Shown: positions 42,030 through 53,394, counted from the stretch's first letter. The stretch is 64,000 nt of DNA from Gammaproteobacteria bacterium (GCA_027324195.1 DAHVTM010000013.1:6950-70949); one strand, 5' to 3'. Numbers and translations: made by a program. Notes: generated by a model from the sequence alone, not told the origin.

Positions 42030-43162
42030 TCCACGAAGAGTTCTCGACCGACTCGCGAACCCGCCGCACCTTGAGCGGCGCAGCACGTGTGCTGCTCGCG
42101 CTGAAGGTCGACGGACCGCTGGCCGTGGGCCTGGCACTGACGGCCGCGTACGGCCTGGTGGTGCTCTACAGCGCCTCGGCGGAAAACACGCCGATGCTCA
42201 TGCGCACCGGGCTGCGCCTGGTGCTCGGGACCGTGATCATGCTTGCCGTGGCGCGCATCAGCCCCAATCTGCTTCGCCGGCTCTCCCCCTGGCTCTATGG
42301 ACTGGGCATCTTCCTGTTGCTCGCCGTCGCCGCGGTCGGCCACGTGCACCTCGGAGCCAAGCGCTGGCTCGATCTGGGCCCCATCCATTTCCAGCCCTCT
42401 GAGCTGATGAAGCTCGCGGTGCCGATGATGTGCGCCTGGTACCTCGATGAACGTCCGCTGCCACCGCGCTGGAGCGATCTGGGCATGCTCGCGCTCATTA
42501 TCCTCGCGCCGGTGGCACTGGTGGCCAAAGAGCCCGATCTGGGCACCGCCGCGCTCATTGCCGCCGGCGGCGCGGTGGTGATCTTCCTCTCCGGCCTGCG
42601 CGCCCGCGTGCTGCTCGCGCTGCTGCTGGCGGCGGTGCTTGCCGGCGCGGTGGGGCTGCGCTTTATGCACGGTTATCAGCGCGAGCGGCTGCTCACCTTC
42701 CTCAATCCCGAAGCGCACCCGCTCAGCGCCGGCTACCACATCATCCAGTCGCAGATTGCGGTCGGATCGGGGGGAATTTTCGGCAAGGGCTGGATGGCCG
42801 GCAGCCAGGCGCAGCTGAACTTCCTGCCCGAGCGCACCACGGATTTCATCTTCGCGGTGATTGGCGAGGAATTCGGATTGCTCGGGCTCGCGGTGCTGCT
42901 GCTGCTCTACGCGTTCGTGATCGGACGGTCGATCTATTTGGCCATGCTCTGCCCGGACACGTTCTCGCGCCTGCTGAGCGGCAGCATCGCCCTGACATTC
43001 TTCGTGTACGTGTTCATCAATGCCGGCATGGTCACCGGACTGGTCCCGGTGGTCGGGGTGCCGCTGCCGCTGGTGAGCTATGGGGGCAGCTCGGTGGTGA
43101 CGGTATTGTCAGGTTTCGGTATTCTGATGGCGTTGTTTTCGCATCGGAAGCTGATGGGCTAA
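42026..43162 (+). CDS. rodA: SEDS peptidoglycan polymerase RodA
   Basis: 378 aa from ATG 42026 (ATGA with the mrdA stop); 10-TM SEDS pattern; ...VSYGGSS.... Confidence 0.9.
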   Translation: MIHEEFSTDSRTRRTLSGAARVLLALKVDGPLAVGLALTAAYGLVVLYSASAENTPMLMRTGLRLVLGTVIMLAVARISPNLLRRLSPWLYGLGIFLLLAVAAVGHVHLGAKRWLDLGPIHFQPSELMKLAVPMMCAWYLDERPLPPRWSDLGMLALIILAPVALVAKEPDLGTAALIAAGGAVVIFLSGLRARVLLALLLAAVLAGAVGLRFMHGYQRERLLTFLNPEAHPLSAGYHIIQSQIAVGSGGIFGKGWMAGSQAQLNFLPERTTDFIFAVIGEEFGLLGLAVLLLLYAFVIGRSIYLAMLCPDTFSRLLSGSIALTFFVYVFINAGMVTGLVPVVGVPLPLVSYGGSSVVTVLSGFGILMALFSHRKLMG

Positions 43163-43173
43163 GGAGCGCTTGA

Positions 43174-44241
43174 GTGCTGCGTTCGATCTGCTTCGCCCTG
43201 CTCGCCCTCACCGTGATGGTGCGGCCGGCGAGCGCCACCTCTGAGCTCGGCCGGCATTTTCCGCCCCAGCAGCTGCAGCGCTTTGCCGCCCGCCTGGCGC
43301 GCCGCGACGGCCTCAACCGCGCCCGGGTGTTGTGGATCCTGCGCCAGGCGAAGCCGCAGCCCGACATCATCGCGATGATGAACCGTCCCGCCGAGCAAGT
43401 GCTGAAGTGGTGGCAGTACCGTCGCATCTTCATGACTCCGGCGCGAATCGAGGCCGGGGTCGCCTTCTGGCGGGCCCATCAGCACGCACTCGAGCGCATC
43501 GGCCGCGAGCAGGGCGTCGATCCGAGCTACATCGTGGCGATCCTCGGCGTGGAGACTTACTATGGCCGGCTCACCGGCTCGATCCGCGTGCTGGATGCGC
43601 TGAGCACCCTGGCTTTCGATTATCCGGCGCGCAGCCGCTTCTTCGCCCACCAGCTCGAGCGCTTCCTCGTGCTCGCCGAGCGCGACCGGCTCGACCCGCT
43701 CACTGTCAAGGGCTCGTATGCCGGTGCCATGGGACCGCTGCAATTCATGCCCTCGACGTATCTGCGTTACGCCGTCGGCCATGGCGATGCGCCGCCGAAT
43801 CTGTTCAGCAACTGGGATGACATCTTCGCCAGCGTCGCGCACTACCTGCGCGCGCATGGTTGGCAACCCGATGCGCCGGTCCTCTCGCGGGTGCGCATCG
43901 AGCCGGGCGCGCGCTTTCACGTCGATCCGGACAGTCTCGCCCTCAATCGAACGGTGGAGACCCTCGAGCTGCATGGGGTCGAGATCGAAACGCATGCGCC
44001 ACCCGACACGCACGTCGTGCTGCTGCTCGCGCACACTCGTCGTGGCCCGATCTATCGCGCCGGGTTCAACAACTTCCACGCGCTGCTGACCTACAATTAC
44101 AGCAAGCTCTATGCGATGGCTGTCAATGATCTGGCGCACGCGATCGCCCGAGGCATGCACGCCGCGAGCGCCCCAGCCGTCAGCGCCGCTGCGCTGATCC
44201 GTCCGCACCGGACGCCGGGCGGAGCGGGCGAGCCGCGGTGA
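43174..44241 (+). CDS. mltB: Lytic murein transglycosylase B
   Basis: 355 aa; GTG start; ILGVETYYG and GAMGPLQFMPSTY. Confidence 0.85.
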   Translation: MLRSICFALLALTVMVRPASATSELGRHFPPQQLQRFAARLARRDGLNRARVLWILRQAKPQPDIIAMMNRPAEQVLKWWQYRRIFMTPARIEAGVAFWRAHQHALERIGREQGVDPSYIVAILGVETYYGRLTGSIRVLDALSTLAFDYPARSRFFAHQLERFLVLAERDRLDPLTVKGSYAGAMGPLQFMPSTYLRYAVGHGDAPPNLFSNWDDIFASVAHYLRAHGWQPDAPVLSRVRIEPGARFHVDPDSLALNRTVETLELHGVEIETHAPPDTHVVLLLAHTRRGPIYRAGFNNFHALLTYNYSKLYAMAVNDLAHAIARGMHAASAPAVSAAALIRPHRTPGGAGEPR

Positions 44242-45050
44242 ACAGCGCCCGGCGCGCGCACTACGCCCTCGGCGGGGCGTGCCTGCTCTTGATCGCGCTC
44301 GCCGGCTGCGCCACGACCGCTCGGCGCACGGCCAACACCGCGCCCGGACTGCCGGCGCTACCGGCGAACTGGCAAGCCATCCCCAACCCGGTGCCGCACT
44401 ATCTGCCCCCGGCGCCGCACGGCAATCCGCCTTTCTACGACATCAACGGCCACCGGTATTACGTGCTCGCCAGCGCGGCCGGCTACAATCAGATCGGCGT
44501 GGCGTCCTGGTACGGCGCGCACTCCCAAGGCAAGCACACCGCCGACGGCGATCGCTACGACATGTATGCCATGACCGCGGCCAACAAAGTGCTGCCGCTG
44601 CCGACTTACGTACGCGTCACCGACATCAGCAACGGCCGCAGCGTCATAGTGAAGGTCAACGACCGCGGCCCGTTCGTGGCGCACCGCCTGATCGATCTGT
44701 CGTATCTGGCGGCGGCCAAGCTCGGTATGCTCGGTACCGGCACTGCGTTGGTCGACGTGCAGGCCATCACCCCCGGCAGCCCCGCCCGAGTCGCGAGCGT
44801 CATGCAGCCGATCGGCGCGTTCCTCTACGTGCAGGTCGGCGCGTTCGCCGTACCGGGCAATGCCGAGCGGGTGCTCACGCGGCTGCAGGCCGCGGGCATG
44901 TCCGATGCCTTCATTCTCTCGCCCGCGGTGACCGGCGGCACGCTCTACCGCGTGCGGGTCGGTCCGATCCACGATGTGGCGCAGTTCGATACGCTCGCAG
45001 CGCGCCTGACGGCCCTCGGTTACCCGGGCGCCGTGCTGGTGAAGCCATGA
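44238..45050 (+). CDS. rlpA: Septal-ring lytic transglycosylase RlpA (DPBB + SPOR)
   Basis: Lipobox LIALAGC; DPBB segment GVASWYGAHSQGKHTADGDRYDMYAMTAANKVLPLPTYVRVT; C-terminal SPOR segment LYVQVGAFAVPGNAERVL. Confidence 0.88.
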   Translation: MNSARRAHYALGGACLLLIALAGCATTARRTANTAPGLPALPANWQAIPNPVPHYLPPAPHGNPPFYDINGHRYYVLASAAGYNQIGVASWYGAHSQGKHTADGDRYDMYAMTAANKVLPLPTYVRVTDISNGRSVIVKVNDRGPFVAHRLIDLSYLAAAKLGMLGTGTALVDVQAITPGSPARVASVMQPIGAFLYVQVGAFAVPGNAERVLTRLQAAGMSDAFILSPAVTGGTLYRVRVGPIHDVAQFDTLAARLTALGYPGAVLVKP

Positions 45051-45144
45051 GCGAACCGATGCTTCTGCCCGAAGAACTATCCGGCGCGAACGTGATCTTA
45101 TCCAGCGCCCCGCCGCAGCACTCACCCGAGGAGGAACTTCCCCC

Positions 45145-46329
45145 ATGTCCCGCACGTCTGCCCTGACCACCCTGCTGGCCGCGGCGCTGCCGGCCCTGGC
45201 CGCGCTCGCGCCGGCCGCGACCGCCGCAGTGGCCGCTCCGTCTGCGATCGCACCGGTGCCGGTTCCCCCACCGCCTGCACTGAATGCCCAGGAGTACATC
45301 CTGGTCGATTTCAATACCGGTAAGGTGCTGGCGGCGAAGAATGCCGAGGACAAAGTGCCGATGGCGAGTCTCACCAAGTTGATGACCGCCTATATCGTGT
45401 TCTCGGCGCTGAAGAGTGGGCAGCTCACGCTCGACACTCCGGTGACCATCAGCAATGCGGCATGGCGCACCGGCGGCTCACGGATGTTTCTCAACCCCGG
45501 CACGCAGGTGACCGTGCTGAACCTGCTGAAAGGCATGATCGTGGAATCGGGCAACGATGCCACTGTCGCGCTCGCGCAAAAGGTCGGCGGCACGCAGGCG
45601 GGATTCGTCACGCTGATGAACGATTTCGCCCGGCGGCTCGGGCTGAACTCGACACACTACGAAGACGTCGATGGGCTGCCGAAGCCGGATCACTACACGA
45701 CCGCGCGCGATCTGGCCACGCTCGCCTCGGACATCATCCGGGACTTTCCGCAGTACTACTTCATTTTCAAGATCAAGCAGTTCACCTGGGACCACATCAC
45801 CCAGCGCAACCGCGTCTCGCTGCTGTGGACCGACCCGTCAGTCGATGGCATGAAGACCGGCTACACCGATGCGGCCGGCTACTGCATGGTCACCTCCGCC
45901 GATCGGCACGGCATGCGGCTGGTCTCGGTGGTGCTCGGTGCGCCCAGTTGGAACGGGCGGGTTTCCGACAGTGAGGCGCTGCTCAACTACGGATTCAACT
46001 TCTACACGAACGAGGACGTCGAATCGGCACGCGCCGTCGTCGCCCGACCGCGGGTATACAAGTCGGCCTCCGGAGAGGCCGCAGTCGGTCCGGCGCAGCC
46101 GGTCGTACTGACCGTGCCTCGCGGTCCCGACGCGACGCTCAGCACGCGGATCGTCTGGAGCCACTGGCCGCTCGTGGCGCCACTCGCCGCCGGCGCACCC
46201 GTGGGCACGCTCATCGTCACCAACGGCGCGGGAGAGCAGGTGCAAAGCACGCCTCTGGTCACGCTCGAGTCGGTACCCACCGGCGGCCTGTTCACGCAGC
46301 TTGCCGACGACATCCGGCTCTGGTTCTGA
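45145..46329 (+). CDS. dacA: D-alanyl-D-alanine carboxypeptidase (PBP5/6 class)
   Basis: SxxK MASLTKLMT, SxN ESGNDA, KTG MKTGYT; signal peptide. Confidence 0.88.
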   Translation: MSRTSALTTLLAAALPALAALAPAATAAVAAPSAIAPVPVPPPPALNAQEYILVDFNTGKVLAAKNAEDKVPMASLTKLMTAYIVFSALKSGQLTLDTPVTISNAAWRTGGSRMFLNPGTQVTVLNLLKGMIVESGNDATVALAQKVGGTQAGFVTLMNDFARRLGLNSTHYEDVDGLPKPDHYTTARDLATLASDIIRDFPQYYFIFKIKQFTWDHITQRNRVSLLWTDPSVDGMKTGYTDAAGYCMVTSADRHGMRLVSVVLGAPSWNGRVSDSEALLNYGFNFYTNEDVESARAVVARPRVYKSASGEAAVGPAQPVVLTVPRGPDATLSTRIVWSHWPLVAPLAAGAPVGTLIVTNGAGEQVQSTPLVTLESVPTGGLFTQLADDIRLWF

Positions 46330-46360
46330 CCGCCTTGCCGTTTGCGACCGGGGTGATCTC

Positions 46361-47233
46361 ATGGCCGAACCCTTCCCGACCTGCTACCTCAACGGTGTCT
46401 TCCTGCCGCTCGATCAGGCGCGTATCTCGCCCCTCGATCGGGGTTTTCTGTTTGGCGATGGCGCCTACGAGGTCATGCCGGTCTACGGCGGCCGTCCCTT
46501 TCGGCTCGAGGCGCACTGCGCGCGGCTTACCCACAGCCTCAACGAGCTGCGCATGCACGACCCGCTCTCCCGCGAGCAATGGCGGGCCGTGTTCGCCCGG
46601 CTCATCGCGGCGGGCGGCGGGAGCGATCAGTACCTGTACTGGCAGGTGAGCCGCGGGGCGGAGCGGGGGCGCAACCATGCCCCGCTCCCGGACATCCCGC
46701 GCACCGTATTCGCGTTCGGTGCGCCATGGCCGACGCCACCGGCGGGCTCACTCGAGCGGGGAGTCGCCTGCATAACCGCCGAGGACACGCGTTGGGCACG
46801 CTGCGACATCAAATCCACCGCACTGCTCGCCAACGTTCTGCTGCGCCAGCTGGCGGTCGATGACTCGGCCGCCGAGACGATCCTGCTACGCGAGGGCCGG
46901 CTGACCGATGCGTCCGCCTCGGCGGTGCACGTGGTGATCGGCGGGGAATTGCGCACGCCTCCGAACTCGCGCGAGATCCTACCCAGCACCACGCGCACGG
47001 TGATCGAGGAGCTCGCCAGCCGGGCGGCAGTTCCCTGGCGATCCGCGCCGGTGAGTGATGCCGAGCTGCGCGCCGCGGAGGAGATCTGGATCTCGGCCGC
47101 CACGCGCGAGGTACAGCCGGTGACCCGGCTCGACGGCCGCCCGGTGGGCACTGGCCGGCCCGGGCCGCTCTGGCAGCGGGTGCACGCGGCATTCCAACAC
47201 TGGAAACGCGAATTGCAGGACCAGCCGTGGTGA
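46361..47233 (+). CDS. dat: Class IV (D-amino-acid) aminotransferase
   Basis: Start ATG 46361; RGFLFGDGAYEVMPVYGGRPF and YLYWQVSRG. Confidence 0.8.
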   Translation: MAEPFPTCYLNGVFLPLDQARISPLDRGFLFGDGAYEVMPVYGGRPFRLEAHCARLTHSLNELRMHDPLSREQWRAVFARLIAAGGGSDQYLYWQVSRGAERGRNHAPLPDIPRTVFAFGAPWPTPPAGSLERGVACITAEDTRWARCDIKSTALLANVLLRQLAVDDSAAETILLREGRLTDASASAVHVVIGGELRTPPNSREILPSTTRTVIEELASRAAVPWRSAPVSDAELRAAEEIWISAATREVQPVTRLDGRPVGTGRPGPLWQRVHAAFQHWKRELQDQPW

Positions 47234-47490
47234 GTAAGCCGATCCTTCAATTTCCGACCGACTATCCGATCAAGATCATCGGGCGGCCCTCCGATGAGTT
47301 CCGCGCACGAGTGCACGCCGTCGTACTGCGCCACGCTCCCGCACTCGAGGCCGAGCGGGTGAGCGAGCGGCTGAGTGGCAACGGCAACTTTCTCTCCATC
47401 TCCTATAACCTGCTCGCCGAGAGCCGCGAGCAGATCGAGGCGCTCACCGCGGAGTTGCGCGAGTGCGACGGGGTCATGATGCTGTTGTGA
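47227..47490 (+). CDS. ybeD: YbeD-family (DUF493) protein
   Basis: 87 aa; LQFPTDYPIKIIG; conserved position before lipB-lipA. Confidence 0.85.
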   Translation: MVSKPILQFPTDYPIKIIGRPSDEFRARVHAVVLRHAPALEAERVSERLSGNGNFLSISYNLLAESREQIEALTAELRECDGVMMLL

Positions 47491-48181
47491 GCCGATCCGC
47501 TGCGGGCGCGCTGCGCATCCGCGGTGCATAGAGGTGCCGCAGCAGATGCGGCAGCACTCCCGCGGCGGCCTCCTCCACCGACTCGAGCGCGCACCAGTCG
47601 GCGAGCCGCGTCATCTCGAGATCGGCGTAGCCGCACGGATTGATCCTGCGGAATGGCTCGAGGTCGTTGCACACATTGAGCGCAATGCCGTGATAGCTCG
47701 CACCGCGCCGCACGCGGATGCCGACGCTGGCAAGCTTGCGGCCCTGCACATACACCCCGGGGGCGGTCCGCCGCGATTCGGCCGCAATGCCGAGGCTCGC
47801 CGCATAATCGATGACCGCGCCCTCGAGCGCGCTCACCAGGTCACGCACGCCGAGTTGCGCGCGGCGCAGGTCCACCAAGGGATACACGACCAGTTGGCCC
47901 GGTCCGTGGTAGGTCACCTGTCCGCCGCGGTCGATGCGCACCACCGGAATCTGCCCGGCGGCCAGCACGTGCGACGGGTCGGCATTCATGCCTAGGGTGA
48001 ATACCGGGGGGTGCTCGAGCAACCAGATCTCATCAGGCGTCTCGGCCGCCCGCGCATCGGTGAAGCGCTGCATGGCCCGCCACGTCGCCTCGTACGGCGC
48101 GAGCGCAAGCCGGCGCACCTGCGGGGTGGGCTGGGCCATCGGCGGCGTTTGCGGCACGCCATCGACGGCACTGAGGCTCAT
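47474..48181 (-). CDS. lipB: Octanoyltransferase LipB
   Basis: Start ATG 48181 forms ATGA with the lipA stop; [13 protein letters not shown] and [12 protein letters not shown]. Confidence 0.9.
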   Translation of the reverse strand: MSLSAVDGVPQTPPMAQPTPQVRRLALAPYEATWRAMQRFTDARAAETPDEIWLLEHPPVFTLGMNADPSHVLAAGQIPVVRIDRGGQVTYHGPGQLVVYPLVDLRRAQLGVRDLVSALEGAVIDYAASLGIAAESRRTAPGVYVQGRKLASVGIRVRRGASYHGIALNVCNDLEPFRRINPCGYADLEMTRLADWCALESVEEAAAGVLPHLLRHLYAPRMRSAPAADRLTTAS

Positions 48182-49209
48182 TGGGACTGCGCTGCCAGGC
48201 GCGCGTTGTCGAGTCCCGCGTTGTTGCGATTCAGCGCCTGCTCGGCCCGATAGCTCGAGCGCACCAGCGGCCCGGAGACGCACTCGAGAAAGCCCAGCTC
48301 GAGCGCAGTGCGCCGATAGGCGTCAAACTGCTCCGGGGTGACGAAGCGCCTCACCGGCAGATGATTTGCGGTCGGACGCAGGTACTGCCCGAGCGTGACG
48401 ATGTCGACCCCGGCGTCGCGCAGATCGCGCAGCGTCGCCTCGATCTCCTCGTCCGTCTCGCCGAGACCGAGCATCAGACTGCTCTTGGTGAGCACCGCGG
48501 GACGGTGGCGCTTGGCATGCTGCAACACCTCCAACGTCCGCTCGTATCCGGCGCGCGGGTCACGGACCGGATGCGTCAGGCGACGGACCGTCTCGATGTT
48601 CTGCGCGAAGACCTGCAACCCCGACTCGACGACCGTCTCGACGTCGCCGAGCACGCCCTGAAAGTCCGGCGTCAGCGCTTCGATGGCGGTGGTGGGGTTG
48701 CGCCGCTGGATGGCGCGGATACAGGCGGCGTAATGACCGGCGCCACCGTCCGGCAGATCGTCGCGATCGACCGAGGTCAGCACCACGTACTTGAGTTTCA
48801 TCAACTCGACGGTCCGCGCACTATTGTCCGGCTCGAGCGGATCGAGCCAACCGTGCGGGTTGCCGGTGTCGACCGAGCAGAAACGGCAGGCGCGCGTGCA
48901 GACCGCCCCCATCAGCATGATGGTGGCCGTGCCGGCATTCCAGCACTCCCCGATGTTCGGACACTTGGCCTCTTCGCAGACCGTCGCCAACCGGTGCTCT
49001 TTGACGATGCCCTTGACGGCCTGAAAGCCGGTGCCCGCAGGCATGCGGGCGCGCAACCACGCCGGCTTGCGGCCGAGTGCCTGGGGCGCCGCCATGCTCG
49101 CCTTGATGCCGTCGCGAATCGCGCTAAAGCCTTGCGGTGTCTGGTATTTCTCGCCGCTGCGCACCGGGGTCGGCTCGGCGACGACCGGAATGTCTTTGAG
49201 ACTCGCCAT
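48178..49209 (-). CDS. lipA: Lipoyl synthase
   Basis: Start ATG 49209; radical-SAM cluster [10 protein letters not shown] plus N-terminal [12 protein letters not shown]. Confidence 0.95.
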   Translation of the reverse strand: MASLKDIPVVAEPTPVRSGEKYQTPQGFSAIRDGIKASMAAPQALGRKPAWLRARMPAGTGFQAVKGIVKEHRLATVCEEAKCPNIGECWNAGTATIMLMGAVCTRACRFCSVDTGNPHGWLDPLEPDNSARTVELMKLKYVVLTSVDRDDLPDGGAGHYAACIRAIQRRNPTTAIEALTPDFQGVLGDVETVVESGLQVFAQNIETVRRLTHPVRDPRAGYERTLEVLQHAKRHRPAVLTKSSLMLGLGETDEEIEATLRDLRDAGVDIVTLGQYLRPTANHLPVRRFVTPEQFDAYRRTALELGFLECVSGPLVRSSYRAEQALNRNNAGLDNARLAAQSQ

Positions 49210-49241
49210 GGCGCTATTGTACGGCGAGTGCGCCGCGGCCC

Positions 49242-49919
49242 CTAATCGGCGCCGAGTGCACGCACATGCGCATCCAGCCAGGCCAGCCGCTCGGGAGTGC
49301 CGACGTCGAACCATTCCCCGCAATGCAGCCGGCCCTGCAGGCGTGAGCCAGCAATGGCCCGTTGCAGCAGGGGCAGTAGCGGGAAGCGCCCGGGCGGACA
49401 GGCGGCAAAGAATTCGGGCCGGTACAGCCCGATGCCTGTATAGGTCAGGCGCTCACCGGCCTGCCCCACCACCATCCCGTCGCGCAGCGCGAAATCCCCC
49501 TCCGGGTGGTGAGCCGGATTAGCAGCGAGCACGATGCGCGCGTCGGCATCGGCCGGTAGCGTCCCGAGCGTGGCGAAATCGAGGTCGGTCCACACATCGG
49601 CATTGACGACGAGAAACGGCGCTGGTCCGAGTAGCGGCAACGCGCGCGCGATACCACCGCCCGTTTCGAGTGGTACCGGCCCCTCCTCGCTGTAGTGGAT
49701 GCGCAGCCCGTAGCGCCCCCCGGCGCCGAGCGCCGTGCGGATCTGCTGGCCGAGCCAGGAGAGGTTGATCACCACCTCGTCGATGCCAGCCCGGGCGAGC
49801 TTCTCGAGGTGATAGTCGATCAGCGGCCGCCCGGCGATCTGCACCAACGGCTTCGGCAGCACATCGGTGATCGGCCGTAGCCGCTCGCCGCGTCCGGCCG
49901 CGAGCACCATCGCCCTCAT
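49242..49919 (-). CDS. murU: N-acetylmuramate alpha-1-phosphate uridylyltransferase-like nucleotidyltransferase
   Basis: 225 aa from ATG 49919 (ATGA with the amgK stop); [25 protein letters not shown]. The rest of track ORF 49242..50915 is an artefact. Confidence 0.75.
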   Translation of the reverse strand: MRAMVLAAGRGERLRPITDVLPKPLVQIAGRPLIDYHLEKLARAGIDEVVINLSWLGQQIRTALGAGGRYGLRIHYSEEGPVPLETGGGIARALPLLGPAPFLVVNADVWTDLDFATLGTLPADADARIVLAANPAHHPEGDFALRDGMVVGQAGERLTYTGIGLYRPEFFAACPPGRFPLLPLLQRAIAGSRLQGRLHCGEWFDVGTPERLAWLDAHVRALGAD

Positions 49920-50953
49920 GCACCCGCCTCGGCTGCCGCACGTGCGTTGGCGCGCGGCAACTGCGGGGCAATGCGCCGCTCGAGCAGCTCCCCAAGCGGA
50001 GCGAGCTCGGCGTAGTCGCGGCAAGTGTCCTGCACGTACTGCAGCGTCAGCGGCAGGTCGCGCAGGTAGCCGCTCTTGCCGTCGCGATGCCACAGGCGCG
50101 CGAAGATGCCGAGCACCTTCAGGTGTCGCTGCACCCCGATCAGATCGAACCAGCGCAGAAACTGCGCCGCATCCTCCCCGACCGGCCCGCCACGCTCGGC
50201 AAGCATCCGACGATACTCTGCGACCCAGGCGCGCACCCGCTCGCGCGGCCACGCGATATAACAGTCCTTCAACAGCGAGACGAGGTCGTAGCCAAGCGGC
50301 CCGCGCAGCGCGTCCTGGAAATCGAGCACCCCGGGATTGCCCGTGGCCGTGACCATCAGATTGCGCGAGTGAAAGTCGCGATGCACGAACACCTGGGGTT
50401 GCGCCACTGCCGCCTCGATCAGCCAGTCGAACGCCGCCTCGAGCACGGCGCGCTCTGCGCTGCTCGAGGCGAGACCGAGGTGGCGCTGCATGAACCACTC
50501 GGGCATCAGCTGCATCTCGCGCCGCAGCGCCGCGCGGTCGTAGGGCGCGAGCTCGGCGGCGGCCTCGCCACCAAGCAGCTGCATGCGCGCGAGGACCTCG
50601 AGCGCATCGGCATAGAGTCGCTCGGCCGCATCGGGCTCGGCCAGGCGGGTCAAATATGGCGTCCGGCCGAGGTCCTCGAGCAGCAGCAAGCCGCGCTGCA
50701 CATCCGCCTCGTGCACGTGCGGCACGTGAATGCCGAGCGGCTCGAGCAATTTCGTCACGCGCAGGTAGGGCCGGACGTCCTCGCGGCCGGGCGGAGCATC
50801 CATGACGATGTAAGTGCGCTCGCCACAGAACGCTCGGAAATAACGTCTGAAGCTCGCATCGCTCGAGGCCGGCTCGATACGCTGCGGCCGCACGTGCAGC
50901 TCGCGCGTCAGCCAATCCTGCAGCAGCGCGAGCCGCGCGTCTTGTTCAACCAT
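49916..50953 (-). CDS. amgK: Aminoglycoside-phosphotransferase-fold kinase (anomeric MurNAc/GlcNAc kinase AmgK-like)
   Basis: APH-fold motifs FVHRDFHSRNLMV and LDFQDA. It is paired with murU and divergent from lptD, as in pseudomonads. Start is ATG 50953 or GTG 50977. Confidence 0.75.
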   Translation of the reverse strand: MVEQDARLALLQDWLTRELHVRPQRIEPASSDASFRRYFRAFCGERTYIVMDAPPGREDVRPYLRVTKLLEPLGIHVPHVHEADVQRGLLLLEDLGRTPYLTRLAEPDAAERLYADALEVLARMQLLGGEAAAELAPYDRAALRREMQLMPEWFMQRHLGLASSSAERAVLEAAFDWLIEAAVAQPQVFVHRDFHSRNLMVTATGNPGVLDFQDALRGPLGYDLVSLLKDCYIAWPRERVRAWVAEYRRMLAERGGPVGEDAAQFLRWFDLIGVQRHLKVLGIFARLWHRDGKSGYLRDLPLTLQYVQDTCRDYAELAPLGELLERRIAPQLPRANARAAAEAGA

Positions 50954-50994
50954 GGAGTTCTTTGGGCCCACGGACACTCTGGCCTACCATTATA

Positions 50995-53370
50995 ATGCGC
51001 TCCCTCATGCCGCGTTGGAGACCACTCTGGACCGCCCTGCTGTCGTTCGGCGGCATGGCATCCCATTGCCTGTGGGCGGCCGAGACGCCGCGCCCGGCGC
51101 CGCCGGCCACGCTGCCGAACGCGCACCGCGCAGTGAATCGGCGCATGGCGCGCGCGCGCCTCGCCTCCGGCGGTGAAGTGCATGCCGCCGCCGATCGGGC
51201 GGTCCTCGGCAAGAACGGTCAGATGACCCTCGACGGACACGTGGTGCTGCGCCAGGGCGAGCGCGAGATCCACGCCGGCCATCTACAGTACGACAGCCGC
51301 AGCGGCGCGATCAGCACCCGCGGCGGCATCGAGTACAGCGATCCGCGCGTGCAAGTCACCGGCAAGGGCGGCAGCTACTCCCCTGCGAGCGGCGCGCTGT
51401 TCGACTCAGCGCACTTTGCGCTGCGTGAGCGCTCGGCGCACGGCACGGCCCGGCTGATGCGTCTGACACCTCAGGGCATGCTGTACCTGCACGGGGTGAG
51501 CTTCACCACCTGTCCGCAAGTCAAACCGTCCTGGGTGCTGCGTGCCGGTTCGATCACCCTCGATACACGCAAGCGCATCGGCTACGGTAAAAACGCGCGT
51601 GTCGATCTGCACGGCATACCCATCATGTACCTGCCGTGGGTGTCGTTCCCGCTCGGCAATGTCCGCAAGAGCGGCTTCCTGTTCCCGACGTTCGGCAACA
51701 CCTCGCGTGGCGGCCTGCAAATCTCGGCACCGTTTTACTGGAACATCGCACCGAACGCCGACCTCACGCTGGTACCGACCGAATACCAGCACCGCGGCAT
51801 CGATGCCGGCGGGGAGCTGCGTTGGCTGAGCCGCCACCAGTACACCGACGTGCAGTGGGACTACCTGCCGAGCGACTCGAGCTATCCGGGCGGGCGCAGC
51901 CGCAGTCGCATCCAGCTCAACACGGTGATGAGTCTGCCGCGCGGTCTGCGCCTGACGCTGAACGGGGAGAACGTGAGCGACAGCGCGTACTTCGAGGATT
52001 TTGCCACCGGCCCTGAGGGCACCAGCACCGCCTTTCTCGACCGGCGCGCCGCGCTGACCTACCGCAGCGTGCACTGGAACATCCGCGGCATGGCGCAGCA
52101 GTTCCAGACCGTCGACAGCACGCTGCCGTTCAACCAGCGCCCTTATGCTCGCGTCCCGGACATCACCGTCGCCGCCGATTACGGCTGGGGCCCGGGCGAC
52201 CTGCTGCGCTACGGGTTCAAATCCGAGCTGGTCGACTTCCAACGCTCGGATCACTCGACGGCGGTGAGCGGCTGGCGACTCGATGCCATGCCGCGGGTGT
52301 CGCTCAATTTCGACGGCCCCGGCTATTTCATACGGCCGGGGATTGCCTGGCGCGCAACCCAATACGAGCTGCGCCACACCGGCCCGGGGATACCCGATGC
52401 CCCCTCGCGCACCGTGCCCATCGCCAGTCTCGACACGGGCATGACCCTGGAGCGCACGGCCGGCCGCGACGGTCAGCGGCTGATCACGATCGAGCCGCGG
52501 GTGATGTACCTGTACGTCCCGTACCGCAATCAGAACGCCCTGCCGATCTTCGATACCGGGTTGCCCGATCTGCAGCCGGTGGAGCTGTTCCGCACCAACC
52601 GTTACGTGGGCGCCGATCGCGTCGGGGACGCCAACCAGGTGAGCGCTGCACTCACGACGCGACTGCTCGGCTCGGCGAGCGGCCGGCAGTACCTGTCCGC
52701 GACCATCGGCGAGGCGTTCGACTTCCAGACGCCGCGGGTGCTGCTGCCCGGGGAAGTGGTGCGCACCGACCGCCGCTCGGACATCGTCGCCGAGCTGTCG
52801 CTGACGGCATTTCGGCACTGGAGTGCCCGGGCCGGCCTGCAGTGGAACCCGCAGGCTTCCCAGGCGCAGCGTGCCCAGGTATCGCTGCAGTACCGGCCCG
52901 CGCCGAATCGGGTGATCAATCTCGACTATCGCTACGAGCGCGACACGATCGAGCAGACCGGCACCAATGCGCTGCTCTGCAGCAGCTCCCCGGGGGTCGC
53001 CGCGGGCAGCTCATGCGGCATCGATCAGGCGGAAATCTCCGCCGCCTGGCCGATCGGGCGGCACTGGAGCCTTTTTGCCCGCGGAATCTATTCGCTGCAG
53101 GATCACGAAGCACTGGAGAGATTCGTCGGCTTCGAGTACCGTGCGTGCTGCTGGAGCGTGCGCCTCGGCGCGCGGCGCTACGTGGCGGTACGACCGGCGG
53201 TGCTGCCCGTGGGCACGGTGGCCCGCACCGGCGCGCAGGACACGGGCATCTACCTGCAGGTGGAACTCACCGGCCTCGCCAGTGTCGGATCAGCGCCGGA
53301 TGCTTTCCTCTCCGAAGCCATCCCCGGCTACACTCCGGGGGCTCTGAGCACCCCGGCCCACCATCCTTAG
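50995..53370 (+). CDS. lptD: LPS-assembly outer-membrane protein LptD
   Basis: About 790 aa. N-terminal signal, OstA-like domain, large beta-barrel. The lptD-surA-pdxA-rsmA-apaG-apaH synteny is conserved. The track start 50962 is TTG; ATG 50995 is preferred. Confidence 0.9.
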   Translation: MRSLMPRWRPLWTALLSFGGMASHCLWAAETPRPAPPATLPNAHRAVNRRMARARLASGGEVHAAADRAVLGKNGQMTLDGHVVLRQGEREIHAGHLQYDSRSGAISTRGGIEYSDPRVQVTGKGGSYSPASGALFDSAHFALRERSAHGTARLMRLTPQGMLYLHGVSFTTCPQVKPSWVLRAGSITLDTRKRIGYGKNARVDLHGIPIMYLPWVSFPLGNVRKSGFLFPTFGNTSRGGLQISAPFYWNIAPNADLTLVPTEYQHRGIDAGGELRWLSRHQYTDVQWDYLPSDSSYPGGRSRSRIQLNTVMSLPRGLRLTLNGENVSDSAYFEDFATGPEGTSTAFLDRRAALTYRSVHWNIRGMAQQFQTVDSTLPFNQRPYARVPDITVAADYGWGPGDLLRYGFKSELVDFQRSDHSTAVSGWRLDAMPRVSLNFDGPGYFIRPGIAWRATQYELRHTGPGIPDAPSRTVPIASLDTGMTLERTAGRDGQRLITIEPRVMYLYVPYRNQNALPIFDTGLPDLQPVELFRTNRYVGADRVGDANQVSAALTTRLLGSASGRQYLSATIGEAFDFQTPRVLLPGEVVRTDRRSDIVAELSLTAFRHWSARAGLQWNPQASQAQRAQVSLQYRPAPNRVINLDYRYERDTIEQTGTNALLCSSSPGVAAGSSCGIDQAEISAAWPIGRHWSLFARGIYSLQDHEALERFVGFEYRACCWSVRLGARRYVAVRPAVLPVGTVARTGAQDTGIYLQVELTGLASVGSAPDAFLSEAIPGYTPGALSTPAHHP

Positions 53371-53394
53371 AAGAGCGATTGAGGACTGAAGCGC